Origin: Mizuhopecten yessoensis
Lineage: Eukaryota
Length of the DNA: 64,000 nucleotides
Assembly: GCF_002113885.1 (NCBI RefSeq)
Contig: NW_018407615.1
Location: 1,095,620-1,159,619, forward strand
Reading direction: 5' to 3'
Under the pieces are notes generated by a model that was not told the origin of the DNA, did no database searches, and saw nothing but the letters and a program-made list of their open reading frames with translations. The position numbers were made by a program, and so were the translations under genes. Positions 50,960 through 64,000 of this stretch are shown here, piece by piece; position 1 is the first letter of the stretch; every line of letters begins with the position of its first letter.

Positions 50960-52430
50960 CTGGTGAAAGGAGTCCACCTGGGATGTGACGCGCGGTAAAC
51001 AAAATATTGAGTTTTAAGGTTGTGACCACAAAACGCCTAACTAACTTCATTAGAGTTTTATCTGTACTGGTTTGTTTGTTAATTATGTCCACAACAGCAT
51101 GGTTGTCACAATAAAAGATGATACATCTGTTAGTAAGTGATGGACCCCAGAGCTCTAATGCAACTGTTATAGCAAAGAATTCTTTAAATGTAATAAGGAC
51201 AGATTGCCAGTTTGATGGCCACTCGCCATACATCCATGACGTTTGAAAGAAACCGCCATAACCTAAATTACTTGCATCAGTATAAAACCGTAATTGTTCT
51301 GAAGCTTCCCAACGGTCAGACAGAAACATAAATATCCCATTAAACGAGTCTAAAAAGATTTTCCATGCAGCTAAGTCACATCTAGCCTCCTTATTAAGTC
51401 GTTTATGGTGATATGGTTTTGTTAAACCACAGGTAAGATAAATCAGACGACGTAAAAAGGGGCGCCCAGGTGAAATAACACGACAAGCAAAATTAAGCAA
51501 ACCTATAAGGGACTGAAGTTCTTTCAGGGTGACTTTTTGGGGTCTGGAAAATGAATCCAGAAGTGCTCGCAATTTTTCAATTTTATCCAATGGAAGTCTG
51601 GCCACCATAGCTTTACTGTCTAACTCTATGCCAAGAAAAGTCAGAACTGTTGTGGGTAGTTCAGTTTTACTTTGCTTTATGGGAATAGAAGTTCGGAACA
51701 AAATGACAGGAAATTGTTTAAATCATCCAAACATTTGTGAGAGTCAGGGGGGTCTACGAATAAAAAATCATCCAAAACATGCACAACTCCAGAAACTTGA
51801 AATTTATGTTCCAAAATCCAATGAGTGGCTGAGCTGAATGCTTCAAACAAACGACATGAAATAGAACAACCCATTGGCCGGACACGGTCAAAATAAATTC
51901 TGTCATCAATTTTAAAACCCAAGAGTTCGTAGTCATTCGGATGAATCGGAATTAAACGAAACGCTGATTCAATATCAGTCTTTGCCAGATATGAATTTGG
52001 ACTATAATGTTTAATTAATTGAATTGCCTGATCGATAGTTTGATAAACAACCGTGGAATTTTCCGGGGCGTTGTCATCATTGATAGAGGAACCTTCTGGA
52101 AAGGACGGTGATGTATAACTCTGAACTCATTAGGTTCCTTTTTGGGAACTAAACCAAGTGGGGAGATATGCAAATTAGTAAAAGGTGGTGTATGGTAAGG
52201 ACCAAAACAACGCCCATGATAAATCTCCTTTTGAATCTTATCTTTTAGAATTTGCATGTTATCTAAAGCAGACTTAAGATTTCTGGAATAACGAAATATG
52301 CGAGGCCCTTCATATTGCAACCTAAAACCTTGCTTAAAACCATCTTGAAGAAAATTTAGTTTTGATTTATCATAACCCCGCAGGTAAGTTAAGAACCTGT
52401 CAATAACAATAGGGGTAGGTAAAGGCTCAT
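50960..52430 (-). pseudogene. DIRS/Ngaro reverse transcriptase-RNase H (frameshifted)
   Basis: LPTPI..GFKQGFRL, SPLGLVPKKEPNEFRVIH, PMGCSISC..FE, HVLDDFLF, TFLGIELDS; RNase H motifs FYTDAS, KEFFAI, CDNHAVV, ARHIPG. Confidence 0.9.
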
Positions 52431-53687
52431 TTTTGAGGGGCTTTACGTTGTTGTCTGTTATTGGACTGGTTAGGTTGTTGGGATGGTTTGGTGTTGACCG
52501 AGCCAGAGTTTTGCTGGGTTTCGGATCGTGACCCAGACTGGGCTGCATTGTAACAATTGCGTTGCTGATGCTTCCCTCCACAGATGCTGCAGCCATGCAA
52601 GAATTTGCATCGGGCACCTTCGTGATTATCATATGTCCAACACACTTTCTTAATTCGTGTGTTGGCTTTCTGACCCTGAAAGAGCTGTTGTGGGCATTAG
52701 CCCAATAGCTGTTGCCTCCATGTAGAACTCGGAAGGAGTAATGTGCCATGGGGCAGTGGGCACTAATTGATGCCACATACAAAAGTTGTTATCATAGTGG
52801 ATAGCTGCAGCAAAACCCGACTTCCGGTGTATCGTTTGTATCACGTCGGCATATTTCATTAGGCCTGGAGTAGTCTGAGGATGTGCCTGAATGTAAATAG
52901 CTACAAAAATATAAAAAGCTGAGAGCCATTGTTCAATTGACTTTATATGGGCTGGTTTGTTGTTTTGGCACAGCACCAATTGCTGGCCTTGCATTTCAAC
53001 CCTCAGGGGTTCTTTTTCCTAAGGGGAACGCTTAATCAACAGCCAGAAATCAATGAACTCATCAGCAACATTTTTCTTTGAGATCTACAAACATATCCAG
53101 AGGTCGGCTTATGCTGTCAACTTGAGGAGTCTCACCAGAAACTGAGTGCAACACGTTGACGTATGACGGAACATTGTCCTGTCCTTGTATTGGTAGCCTA
53201 CTGTAGTGGGTTGTTTTGTTGAATGACATATGCTGCTGTTGCAGCATATGACTCTGGTTCAATCCCCCTCCAGACACAGAGGGTGCGGCATTGGTGGTAG
53301 CTGGTCTTGAAAATAAGGTGCTGTCCACTGGAGGGCAGTCAGCTGACCCGGAAGCAGAGGGTATCTCTGTAGGCACGGTTTGTACGGCAGGGGGTTGTAT
53401 GGTAAAACCTGCCTGTTGCATATATTGAAACAGCTCCGCTGCCAACTCGGGTATCGATATGTTGTTATGACTTGTTGAAAGTGTAGATGTGGTACTCAGA
53501 GTTGCTGGAGGTACCAGTGCTGATGGAACTGGTGGAGGTGTTTGTCGAACAACCGGTCGGCGTCCCCTCCTAGCTGTTGTTGTGCTAGGCACACTCATTT
53601 CTTCATTATGTGTGGGTGATGTCACCAATGAATGGTGTTGTGCCGCCCTACGCCGAGTTCGCCGAATTGGGCCTTGCTAATTTATCT
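52427..53687 (-). pseudogene. Ngaro-type gag-like ORF1 (broken)
   Basis: WLSAFYIFVAIY..P..LMKY..I..HYDNNF motif, then Cys/His fingers CWTYD..CKFLHGCSICGGKH..C. Confidence 0.8.
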
Positions 53688-54129
53688 CTGGAAAAGAAAC
53701 GAACAAGTTAGTGACTGATGTCCCCTTTAAGAGGTATACTTAAGTAAGATAAAAGTAGCCTGCATTTGTGCCTAGGTATGGGGATTAGGAATTGTCAACA
53801 AATTCACATAAATCTACAGGTATATTATCGGGATATATATATTAAATCCTGGGTATATAAGCCTGGTCAAACCAGTGAAGGCAGATATATTATCATGAAC
53901 ATCAATTCATGAGCATCCCCCAAACAAAGTTGTATTCACTTTAGAAAACACTTCCGGGCATTCTCCCGGGATAATAGTGAAATAGTATTTTACCTGAGCA
54001 TACCCTCATCATAACCTGCAATGGCAGAAAACTCCGGGCATACCCCCGGCATAATAGTTGAACAGTATTAAAAAACCCGGGCATACCCCCGGCAAAATAT
54101 GTGAATATATGATAGAGATTTTAAGATAT

Positions 54130-54646
54130 CATATCAAATGAACCCCGTCGTTAGAAAGATGAGGAAAGACGCCATCTTTTAAGCCTTTATGGCGCCAGAA
54201 AAAACAGAGTTCAATGTTTTACATTTCGCTTTCAAAGCGGAATTAACGTAGTCCACGGTCTCATTATACTTATGAACTGAAACGTGTCTCGTACTACGAC
54301 GATAAAACAGCTGTAGTATTCCGATCCGGACTACTGATAGTCCCAAGGCGAGCCACTCGACAATGGACAGGAAATTGTTCACGATAGAATCTTTGGCGTC
54401 CTCGATCCGTGCACAATATAAATCATTGCCACCAATTTGCAATAAAACTAAATCCGCAATTTGTACCCGTAAACGATCAGTCACTTCACGGGCATAAACA
54501 TCGGGTAATCTACCCCCGCTTTTACCTACACACGATACTGCAATGTTTGTAGGGTCATCATGAAAACCGAGGTTCGTCCATGAACCTTTGAGCGCGCGGT
54601 CAAGGCGTTTGACAAAACTATGTCCAATAACCACCACGTTCGCCAT
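54130..54646 (-). pseudogene. SGNH/GDSL hydrolase ORF of the YR element (frameshift near 54200)
   Basis: Block I VVIGHSFV, block II GKSGG, block III QIGGNDL; after the frameshift FWRHKGL..LSNDGVHL supplies the DxxH block V. Confidence 0.85.
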
Positions 54647-56599
54647 TAAATTTTGAAAATATTACACGTAAACAATACGTAATAAAATTCACTTTTAGAT
54701 ATTTTTCAAAATTAGATCATGATGAAAAAAAGAAGGTACACACCTTGTTCCTCCATCATCTTCAGCAGGCTTGTGACCTAGGGTCAGCTAGTGCACGTTC
54801 TTATATAGGGTGCTAAAATAGCCATAAATGCATACGACTTTTTACCTTCTCACCTCCTTCTAATGGTCAGCGTCCGCTCATATCAACCATAGATACAACT
54901 TATACAGTACTTTAAAATGCATGATATTGAAACATAATAAAAAACAAAGTATTACTAGAACATTCATAAATTACATTAAACCAGGTTTACTTTGTATCTA
55001 CACTCTCGTTGTGAAGCCTTGCATTATCTTTACCGTTCTAGCGGTTTTGTTTCCTTCTACTAACACTTACGTTTGAATCCAGGGAACAGTTTGCCTATTA
55101 ATGTTCCTTGGCTTTTTAACACTTTTATATAAATTTACCGAAACTTGCAGAGGTGACTACTATGGTCCTATGAAAGTTATGTTCATTTCTATAAATACTT
55201 TAGTATTGTTTGACTTCTGGGGCTTATGGAGCAATATGTTTTTATCCACACCACGTTTCGTGCTTGTTTGATCTGTAACGTTTTAGTGGTTATATTATCT
55301 TAATTGTATGGTTTTACTAATTCGTGTGTTACTTTTAGTGTTGTAGAAGTTGTGAGTAGTTCTACTTACGTCTTTCTGTAAAAGTTCATAATTTATCGTA
55401 TTGGTCAATAATGCATTTGAGTGGTCGATGATACCTTGAGGGAAAGAGATAGTGATAAAATACTCCCAAAGATTCCATGTTACATTGAGGGATCGGCAGT
55501 ACATCGGTAGTAGTCGATAATTCTCTCTAGGGTTCAATGATTATGTAGGTTTTTTTAAAACGCCCTATTTGCTTGAAGCCTGACGGTCATACAAAGTCTA
55601 ATGTGGCATAAAATTGTTTAAATTGCTTCATTATAGGAGAACAGTAAATCTGTGTTGAATGTTAACATTGAATAACGAAATGAACACGTTAGCAGAAGAA
55701 TATCTTTTTTTAGGTCACGTCTGTCGTATGTGATTGTCGGAGTTGCAGTACTGGTATACGTTTTACAGAACAATCTAAACAGGGGGCCATATAAAAACAT
55801 ATTTCTAGAACCTATGTTAAATTAGGATTTAAAAGAAAGACTACAGATGTGTAATTTAAAGCAGGAACCAACCACCATTGGTTGTTTGATGATCGCCCAT
55901 GTCGCCATAGCTGCAGTGTTTACTCCTTAACAAATAGTGACATAATGGTAGATCTAGAGATACCAAAGGCCGTCTGTGTTTAAAAAAGTTAGGGTGTTCT
56001 GGCTGTACAGAATTCGTATAGGAGTGTACAGCTCAATAACAGAGAATCTGTGTACGAGGTCGTCGTGTAGACTTCTGGTATGTATTCGTTTATTATTCTT
56101 TACATTAATGCTTAAAATGAGTAAATCAACAACTGATAACACCGAAACTGCTTGGTACTAACGTGTAAATACTTACAGGTAGGTAACAATTTCTGAGTAA
56201 AACAGAAGGGTCGGGAATACACTGGAGGGGTTGACGCTATTCTTAAGGGTTCAATAGTACCTTTGAATGGTTGATAATATCTTTGATAAGTCGAAATAAC
56301 CATTTCAGGGTCTATAATACATTAAAAGGGTTTGTAGTACTTGATTGTGCGGTAGTTTCGTTGTGAAATTGATATGATCCTTTCGAAGTATGTCATACCA
56401 TGTAAGGATCGATAATACTCTTGCTTTGTTGATGATATCCTGGAGGAGATGGTAACGTCTTGGGGGTTTGATAAAACCATTGTCTGTAGGGGTTGCTTGT
56501 ACTACGTAGGTGTTGATCATATTCTGAATGGGGACAGTTATATCTTGATGTCATTATTAATATGATGAAGTTAACAACACCCGCGGGGGGTCGCAAACA

Positions 56600-57135
56600 A
56601 TCTGCACGTTGTTAATAACTTTCCTGGAGAGACGATAATGTTTTAAAGAGGTCAATTACACCCTAAAGAGGTCAATTACACCCTAAAGAGGTCGGTGATA
56701 CTCTGGAATATTGATACTATTACTGACGAGTTAATACAAGTCTATAAGGGTTGATTATAGTTTGAAGGGCTCGATAATACATTGAAAGGGTTGCTTATAC
56801 TATTGAGTTATTGATTATAAATTCAATTGGTCGATAATACTTTCGGGCCAATACTTCTCTGGAGGGGTTGATAATACCTTAGAAAGCAGATAATACTCTT
56901 CCGTGTTCGAATAAACCTTGAAGGAGTCAATAATACTCCAGAGGGATGGAATTTAATAACAGAGGTCGATAATACTTGTTAACCCCCTGTAAAGGTAGCT
57001 GATATTCTGAAGATGGCGATTATACTGTCAGGTGTCGATATTATTCTGGAGAGGGGTATGAGATTTCTGGAGGGGTCGATAGTACTCTAATCCTTAAGGG
57101 ATCAATAACATTGTGGAGAGGTCGATAATATCGTA
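56600..57135. repeat. Highly degenerate short tandem repeat (GGTCGATAATACT-like core)
   Basis: Recurrent (G)GGGT(C/T)GATAATAC words about 22-25 bp apart; exact 21-bp doublet at ~56644-56690. Confidence 0.6.
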
Positions 57136-58890
57136 GGACGGTTAGATATTGGAGACCGATTGAAGTGTTTTGTTAGATGCTGATATGAACTTCACAGAAC
57201 AATATGAAAAAGTTCATATACACGTATACAAATTTTGTAAAACAGGATTTCAAAACAAAGGACATCGTATATAAAAATTGTTTACAAATCAAATAACAAA
57301 ATGTGTGTGACAAGGGCCCAAACTGTGCCATCTTTCTGAGTAAGCTTAACAGCGTATCAGGTATGCATTTCCGCTCCGTTTCCAAACACGGGAAAAGTGA
57401 GATCTAGAAACACCTGGGGCGAACCTAGTATTTCGAGAGTACAATGTTGGTTAATGATCAGTTCAAGTTTTTGATCATTTAAGTATTGGTGTTTAATAAT
57501 ACAATAATAATTTTAACAAATCCGAAAAGGAATAACAAAGCAGTGCCATGCGTAGCGCGTCTGTTTTATTTTTCTGTATCGTGCACTATTTTGGATGTTC
57601 AGAAAACAACAGATGAGATGACTCAAAAACGTTAAACCCTGTATGAACGATAAAAAAAATCCGTTTATTCCGAATTTTCATAAAACTGATACTTTTGGTG
57701 ACACGCATTCCCTACTGGCATTACATGAACAGACTAAAGTCATATTAATCTATAGACGAGATGTTAAAATGACACATATTCGTTTGCGTTTATAGACCAC
57801 TGAATCTAATTTTCTTTTGATGTGTTTATGTTGGGATGTGTAGCCAGGATGTAAATATAAAATCATACACCCTGGCAAGGATGTTCCAACTGAGGACCTA
57901 CGTATACGCTGTCAGAATTCGTATAGGATAATGAATATTGTAACGACTTCAATTTCTATATCAAATTCAAGATGGTTTCCCTCAGGGCCGTGTCCTGCTA
58001 TAAGCTGTTTAAAAAGAAGCATAAGCATAGAGCTGATGCTTCTACCAACAAGTTTGTACTGAGGTGTTTGGACAAAGTCTGTCTTTGTACCATGTGTTTT
58101 GCTCACTCGGTGATATGCGTTTTCAACGTATTTAACCCGATACCATAGGTATGCATTGCATTTCATCTTACTACACACAATAACGTTTCGTAGTAAAGGC
58201 TTGTGTGACCATCCAGTTCTAAGTGTCATATTCCCTTCTATAAACACTTACGTTTCGTTGTAAAGGCGTGCGTGATCGCTGATGTTCTAAGTGCTATATT
58301 CCTTCCTACAAACACTACTTACGTTTCATTATAAAGGCGTGTGTGACCTCTGGTATTCTTAGGGATATGTTCCCTTCTATAAACACTTACGTTTCGTTGT
58401 AAAGGCTTGTGTGACCTTCGGTGTTTACAGTGATATGTTCCTTTCTATAAACACTTACGTTTCGTTTTAAAAGAAGGGTAATTAATACTCTGTAATTAGT
58501 GTCGAGTAATAACGGCGGTATACCCTTACTTCTGTTGTTGTCTGACTAAAAAATCAGAACAGGTTTGTAAAGTATAATCTTTTTAGTGTCGGTATTGTAT
58601 GTCGGTGTACACTGGTGTGTAGAAGTTCCTCTTTGTTAACGAAAAGCACGATTGTTGTATTGGTTAACATATAGTGAGCAGGATACTCTGAATAGTATTT
58701 TGTGGATATGAATAGAACCTTTATAATACACGATGTCAAAACATAAGACACCAATCAGAAATCTTTACAAATCATAGCGTGTCGAAAAACGATTTAACAA
58801 ATTAAAATTTGGCGTAAGATATTAAAAGGAGATATGACGAAGTAGCATCTTTTATCTGATTATTCTCAGGAGTGATTGAAGTGAGAATTA

Positions 58891-59927
58891 CAGTTGTGGG
58901 ATCGCACAACGTTACACGATGTGCGGTGTGCGCACAATGTGTGCACGGTGTGTGAACGATGTGTGCACGATGTGCGAACGATAAAAACTTGGGCGATCAT
59001 ATCTTGCGCACATTTGTGTGCACGATGGACAAACGTTGTGCGATAACAATCGTGGTTGGTGTAAATTGAGGAATGCCTAAACAATATATACGGTTTCGTG
59101 TTTAAACATTTAAACCTCGATTTTTTACGCATGTTTCTATATTCTACCTACACCTATAAACTTATCTTTATATCTATACTTTCTTAAATTTAGAAATTGT
59201 GGTTTTGGTACCTTTTAAACGACCTTAATCGACACCTGTGAAATCACAACACAGTCCTGTATACAGGTAAAGATAGCCACTAGCCGTCTACATGTACCTG
59301 GATGGTAGTTTTCCCCCGCCCGGGCCGGGGCGCTTACGTATTTCATCGGGTAGGGGCAGGGGTGTGAAAACACAGGTGAAGCGGAGCTATAGGCAAACCG
59401 AATGCAATTCAATTCAATTCAATTCAATTCAAATGAGTATGCAAATAACAAATACTAAACGTCCAGCTGTGTTTTCATTACGGTCATACGGTATCGCTTA
59501 TCAGCTCTATGTGTCAGGTACAGGCCAGGTCAAACCCCGGTAACTCATCAAATTGTTATTTACATATTCTGTTACCTTGGCGCGAAACCCATTCTTGACA
59601 GTCTAACGGTACGGTCACTGTGATGCTGTGTTTCACGCATTGTAAAACTGTACATAATCTTCATTACTGTGAATAGAAATTACAATAATACATACAGTTT
59701 TCATTATTGCATACGAGCTTTACGTATTTTTTTCATTCCGTAATATTGATCTACAAATTGTACCCAATCGCACAGTTGTGCGGAGAGAAGCGCACAACGG
59801 GGCGAACGATCGTTAAATCGCACAGTTGTGCGCACCATGTGTGGACGATGTGCGGACGGTGTGTGAACGATGCATGCACGGTGTACTGAGCACGCTATTT
59901 TTGGTGCGTTGTGCGGTCACACAACTG
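58891..59927. mobile_element. Non-autonomous TIR element with TA target-site duplication (Tc1/mariner-type MITE)
   Basis: TA|CAGTTGTGGGATCGCACAACG ... CGTTGTGCGGTCACACAACTG|TA (19/21 match); subterminal GTGTGCACGAT-like repeats at both ends. Confidence 0.8.
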
Positions 59928-60456
59928 TAGATACGTTTGGTTTTCATTTTATATTGAGCTCTATGTTCTAGGTGATATATAACGTTTTATACAAACATAC
60001 TCTTGCTTGTTAAGATATGTGAGAATTTTAGTGCTCTAAAGGTAATTATGTGCACTTCTATACACACTTACCTCTCGTTTTAAACACGTGTTGACCTATA
60101 GTGTTCTAGATGTTATGTAAAATTCTACAAACACTTACGTCTCCGTGTAATGAGTTGTGTGATCGCTAGTGTTTAATGTGTTATGTACCCTTCTATATAA
60201 ATATACGTCATTAGGTTAGTCCTTTATTACTATTGAAGGTCTAAAATTCTCCAAAGCGTCAAAAATTCTTAGGCAGGGTGAACAAATCCCTTTAGGGGTA
60301 TAAAATATTTCGAAAGGGCGACATTACACCAGAAAGTCAATAATGTTATGTTCGGGTTAGTAATATAAAGCTTTGATAATATTCTGAAGGGTCCATTATT
60401 ACTGAAAAGGGTTAGCAATATTTTGGAATAGTCTAAAATACAAATGAGGGTTTACT

Positions 60457-60618
60457 TAAGCATTGAACTGTTTTTGTATGGTATTTATGATCTATTTGAA
60501 TGACACAGCTTTGCAAGCAAACAACACAGTGCGCGCTAGGGCATTATGATTTGTTTGCTTGCAAAGCTGTGTCATTCAAATAGATCATAAATACCATACA
60601 AAAACAGTTCAATACTTA
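60457..60618. repeat. Long perfect inverted repeat (63-bp arms, 26-bp spacer)
   Basis: 60462-60524 is the exact reverse complement of 60551-60613; it extends 5 bp further with one mismatch. Confidence 0.95.
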
Positions 60619-62119
60619 TATTTACGTTTCCCTGCTTTTTATGTTCTTTTTTAACTTATAATTTATATCTAAAATTAAAAATGCCCGCCTTATCGACAGT
60701 CCACACAATTTCGTTCAATAGGTTGAACAGCGTATTGTCGCGTGCTGATTGGCAAACAAAGGAGTACTTTGAAATTTTAACAAACACTTCAATTTTATTC
60801 CACAATTCAGTATCAATACAATTGCGTATGATATGTCTATAGTGTGATTTAAGTTTATCAATAGAACTCTGAGCTGAAAGTAATACTTGAAACTGTTTCG
60901 ACCGTTCCCCGGAACAAATTTCGCTCATGGACAAATACAGTGAACACCGTAAATCCGACCTTGCCCTCCACGAGTGAGTTATTTTTGGAAGTTAATTCGA
61001 ACTATCCAGGCCTAAATGTATTTGTTAATTGTATAGGAACCTGACAACAGTCGGTAGATTCTATGACATCCTCGTTATTTGACATGTCGTCAGAAACTTA
61101 AGAATGGTGGATGCGAGACGCGTGAAAGACAGCGTTTGAAGTGAGTGATCTTGCGACGGAGCACAGGTTCGTTACAAATGTCTGAAATGTTTATGGGTGC
61201 TGTGACTCATATCAGTAGGTCTGTAACATATGTGTCAGTAGGTGTATATAATATGTGTATTTCAGACATTTGTAACGCACCCCTGTTGATCAGTGCAGTG
61301 TAACAGACCATATTTCTGATAAATTGCATGAGCGTTAAAATTGTTTCCATTGCCGGCATTGGTGATTTCAAGCTATGTGCATTTTGTACGATATTGCAGA
61401 CATTGGTCTTGTTTTCGTTGTAATAAAAGTGGTTTTTTTAATTTTATTTTTTATTTTGCACATAAGTTTACAATGGCATTGTCAAATCTCACATTGCCCA
61501 GCGATATTTCAGCAGCCGTTATGTTTATTTATATTGGATATTGTAGTTCCGGTCAGTGTTGTATTAATACGCTAAGAGTAAGAATTGTGTCTCGTGATGC
61601 ATGGTAATTAAAGTCCCATCAACGACACAGCTTTCAAAGAGGCTATATAGTGACAATGCCATGCAAATGTAAATATAATACCGTGATAGGAGCGATAATA
61701 TTCAGTCTGTAAGTGATCTAAAACACACATGAAGGGTCGCCGAACCGTTTTCTTTGGTTTGATTTATATAACTGGCTTGTAAACAGCAAACTAGGATCTA
61801 TTGGCAGTTTTTATTTAAAGAGCCTTTTTATTTAAAGCAAATCAGTGGTGATCGAGATGACATGATTGTAGTATTGTGTTACATTTTGGTATTATTTAAC
61901 AGGACGCTTTGAGTAGTGGTTCATGTATATATATAGAACCTTTGTTGACACATGGTTTCAATTCAACAGACAGCAGAAGAGTATATTAACAAATTATAAT
62001 GTGCTGTACGAAATTTCAAAGAAAAAGGGTGAAGAAGCGTAAAACGGCGTCTTCTGTCAGACAAAGCTCAGGGATTTATGAAGAGAGGATAAAATAACGT
62101 CTGTTGTATTTTTAGCTTG

Positions 62120-64000
62120 GGAGCTATATGTTCTAGGGGTTATGTTCACCTCTATACCTACTTTCGTTCAATTACAAAGACCAGTGTGACATCTATTGTT
62201 CTAAGTGTAATGCTGTACCATTCTTTACACAATAACGTATCTTTATAAATACTTGTGTGACCACTAGTGTTCTAGGTGTAATCTACCATTGTATACACAC
62301 TTACGTCTTTTGTAAAGACCAGTGTGACATCTTTTGTTCTAAGTGTAATGCTGTACCATTCTTTACACAATAACGTATCTTTATAAATACTTGTGTGACC
62401 TCTAGTGTTCTAGGTGTAAGGTGCCATTCTATACACACTTCGGTATCGTTGTTCTAGTGGTAAGGTACTATTCTATACTCACTTACGTATCGTTATCAAT
62501 GTATGTGAGACGGCTGATGTTCTAGGTGTAAGGTTCCCTTCTACAAGCACTTACGTATCCTTGTACAGGTTTGTGTGACTTTAAGTGTTCTAGTTGTAAG
62601 GTCCTATTCTATACACACTTGCGTATCGTTGTACGGGTTGGTGTGACTCTCCATGTTCTAGGTGCACAGTTTCTATACACACTTATGTATCGTTGTACAG
62701 GGTTGTGTGACTGTTGATGTTCTAGGTGTAATCTTCCATTGTATACACACTTACGGCTTTTGTAAAGACCAGTGTAACTGCTACTGTTCTAGGTCTAATG
62801 AACCATCCTATACACACTTACGTCTTTTGTAAAAACCAGTGTGACTGCTACTGTTCTAGGTCTAATGTCCCATACTATACACACTTACGTCTTTTGTAAA
62901 AACCAGTGTGACTGCTACTGTTCTAGGTCTAATGTACCATACTATACACACTTACGTATAGTTGTACAGGTTGGTGTGACTCTCCAGGTTCTAGGTGCAC
63001 AGTTTCTATACACACTTAAGTATCGTTGTACAGGATTGTGTGACTGTTGATGTTCTAGTTGTAAGGTCCTATTCTATACACACTTGCGTATCGTTGTACG
63101 GGTTTGTGTGACTGTCCATGTTCTAGTTGGAAGTTAATATTCTATACACACTTATGTATCGTTGTACAGGTTTGTAAGGTACTATTCTATACACTCTTAC
63201 GTATCGTTGTCCAGGTTTGTGTGACTGATGATGTTCTAGGTGTAAGGTACCCTTCTACAAGCACTTACGTATCGTTATCAATGTATGTGAGACGGCTGAT
63301 GTTCTAGGTGTAAGGTGCCATTCTATACACACTTAAGTATCGTTGTACAGGGTTGTGTGACTGTTGATGTTCTAGTTGTAAGGGACTATTCTATACACAC
63401 TTATGTATCGTTGTACAGGTTTTTGTGACTGTTGATGTTCTAGGTGTAATACACCCTTCTACAAGCACTTACGTATCGTAGTACAGGTTTTTGTGACTGT
63501 TGATGTTCTAGTTGTAAGGGACTATTCTATACACACTTCGGTATCGTTGTTCTAGTGGTAAGGTACTATTCTATACTCACTTACGTATCGTTGTCCAGGT
63601 TTGTGTGACTTTAAGTGTTCTAGTTGTAAGTTACTATTCTATACACACTTGCGTATCGTTGTACGGGTTTGTGTGACTGTTGATGTTCTAGTTGGAAGTT
63701 AATATTCTATACACACTTGCGTATCGTTGTACGGGTTTGTGTGACTGTAAGTGCTCTAGTTGTAAGGTACCATTCTATCCACACTTACGTATCGTTGTCC
63801 AGGTTTGTGTGACTGTCCATGTTCTAGGTGCACAGTTTCTATACACACTTACGTATCGTTGTACAGGTTGGTGTGACTCTCCATGTTCTAGGTGCACAGT
63901 AACATTATGCGCACTTACGTATCGTTGTACAGGTTTGTGTGACTGTTGATGTTCTAGTTGTAAGGTACTATTCTATACACACTTACGTATCGTTGTACAG
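62120..64000. repeat. ~68-bp satellite running off the window end; degenerate copies at ~55000-55200, 58160-58470 and 59960-60210
   Basis: Unit ~TTCTATACACACTTACGTATCGTTGTACAGGTTTGTGTGACTGTTGATGTTCTAGGTGTAAGGTACCA; GTTCTAG at 62519, 62587 and 62655. Confidence 0.92.

Larger units (their letters stand above)
49980..54810 (-). mobile_element. Tyrosine-recombinase retrotransposon, Ngaro/DIRS group (decayed; ends not defined)
   Basis: gag-like ORF, RT-RNase H, overlapping tyrosine recombinase and an SGNH hydrolase ORF; no methyltransferase or protease seen. Confidence 0.9.

Noticed and set aside
50160-51701. Genuine RT-RNase H-recombinase fusion protein (513 aa)
   Set aside because: RNase H stops abruptly after ARHIPG (the expected N..AD.LSR is missing), so a deletion probably joined two normally overlapping frames.

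Overview
This is AT-rich, repeat-dense animal genomic DNA with assembly gaps; the repeat types suggest a bivalve mollusc (inference only). The first ~25 kb is mostly minisatellite arrays (41, 49, 79, 29, 25 and 31-32 bp units) and small non-autonomous transposons. A 13-exon synphilin-1 (SNCAIP)-like ankyrin/coiled-coil gene can be spliced by hand on the + strand at about 28050-37148, possibly with a first coding exon at 16460. Two decayed retroelements follow on the - strand. The first is a Ty3/Gypsy LTR element (40218-48745) with an unusual architecture: a helix-hairpin-helix domain at the Gag N-terminus, a PHD finger at the integrase C-terminus, and a third ORF in the env position encoding a TatD-family nuclease with intact metal ligands, preceded by a splice acceptor. 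The second is an Ngaro/DIRS-type tyrosine-recombinase retrotransposon (~49980-54810) whose SGNH hydrolase ORF lies upstream of gag, apparently inside an intron. The window ends with a TA-flanked MITE, a long perfect palindrome and a ~68-bp satellite. The TatD-carrying Gypsy element is the best candidate for an undescribed system. All domain calls are by eye; no searches were run.
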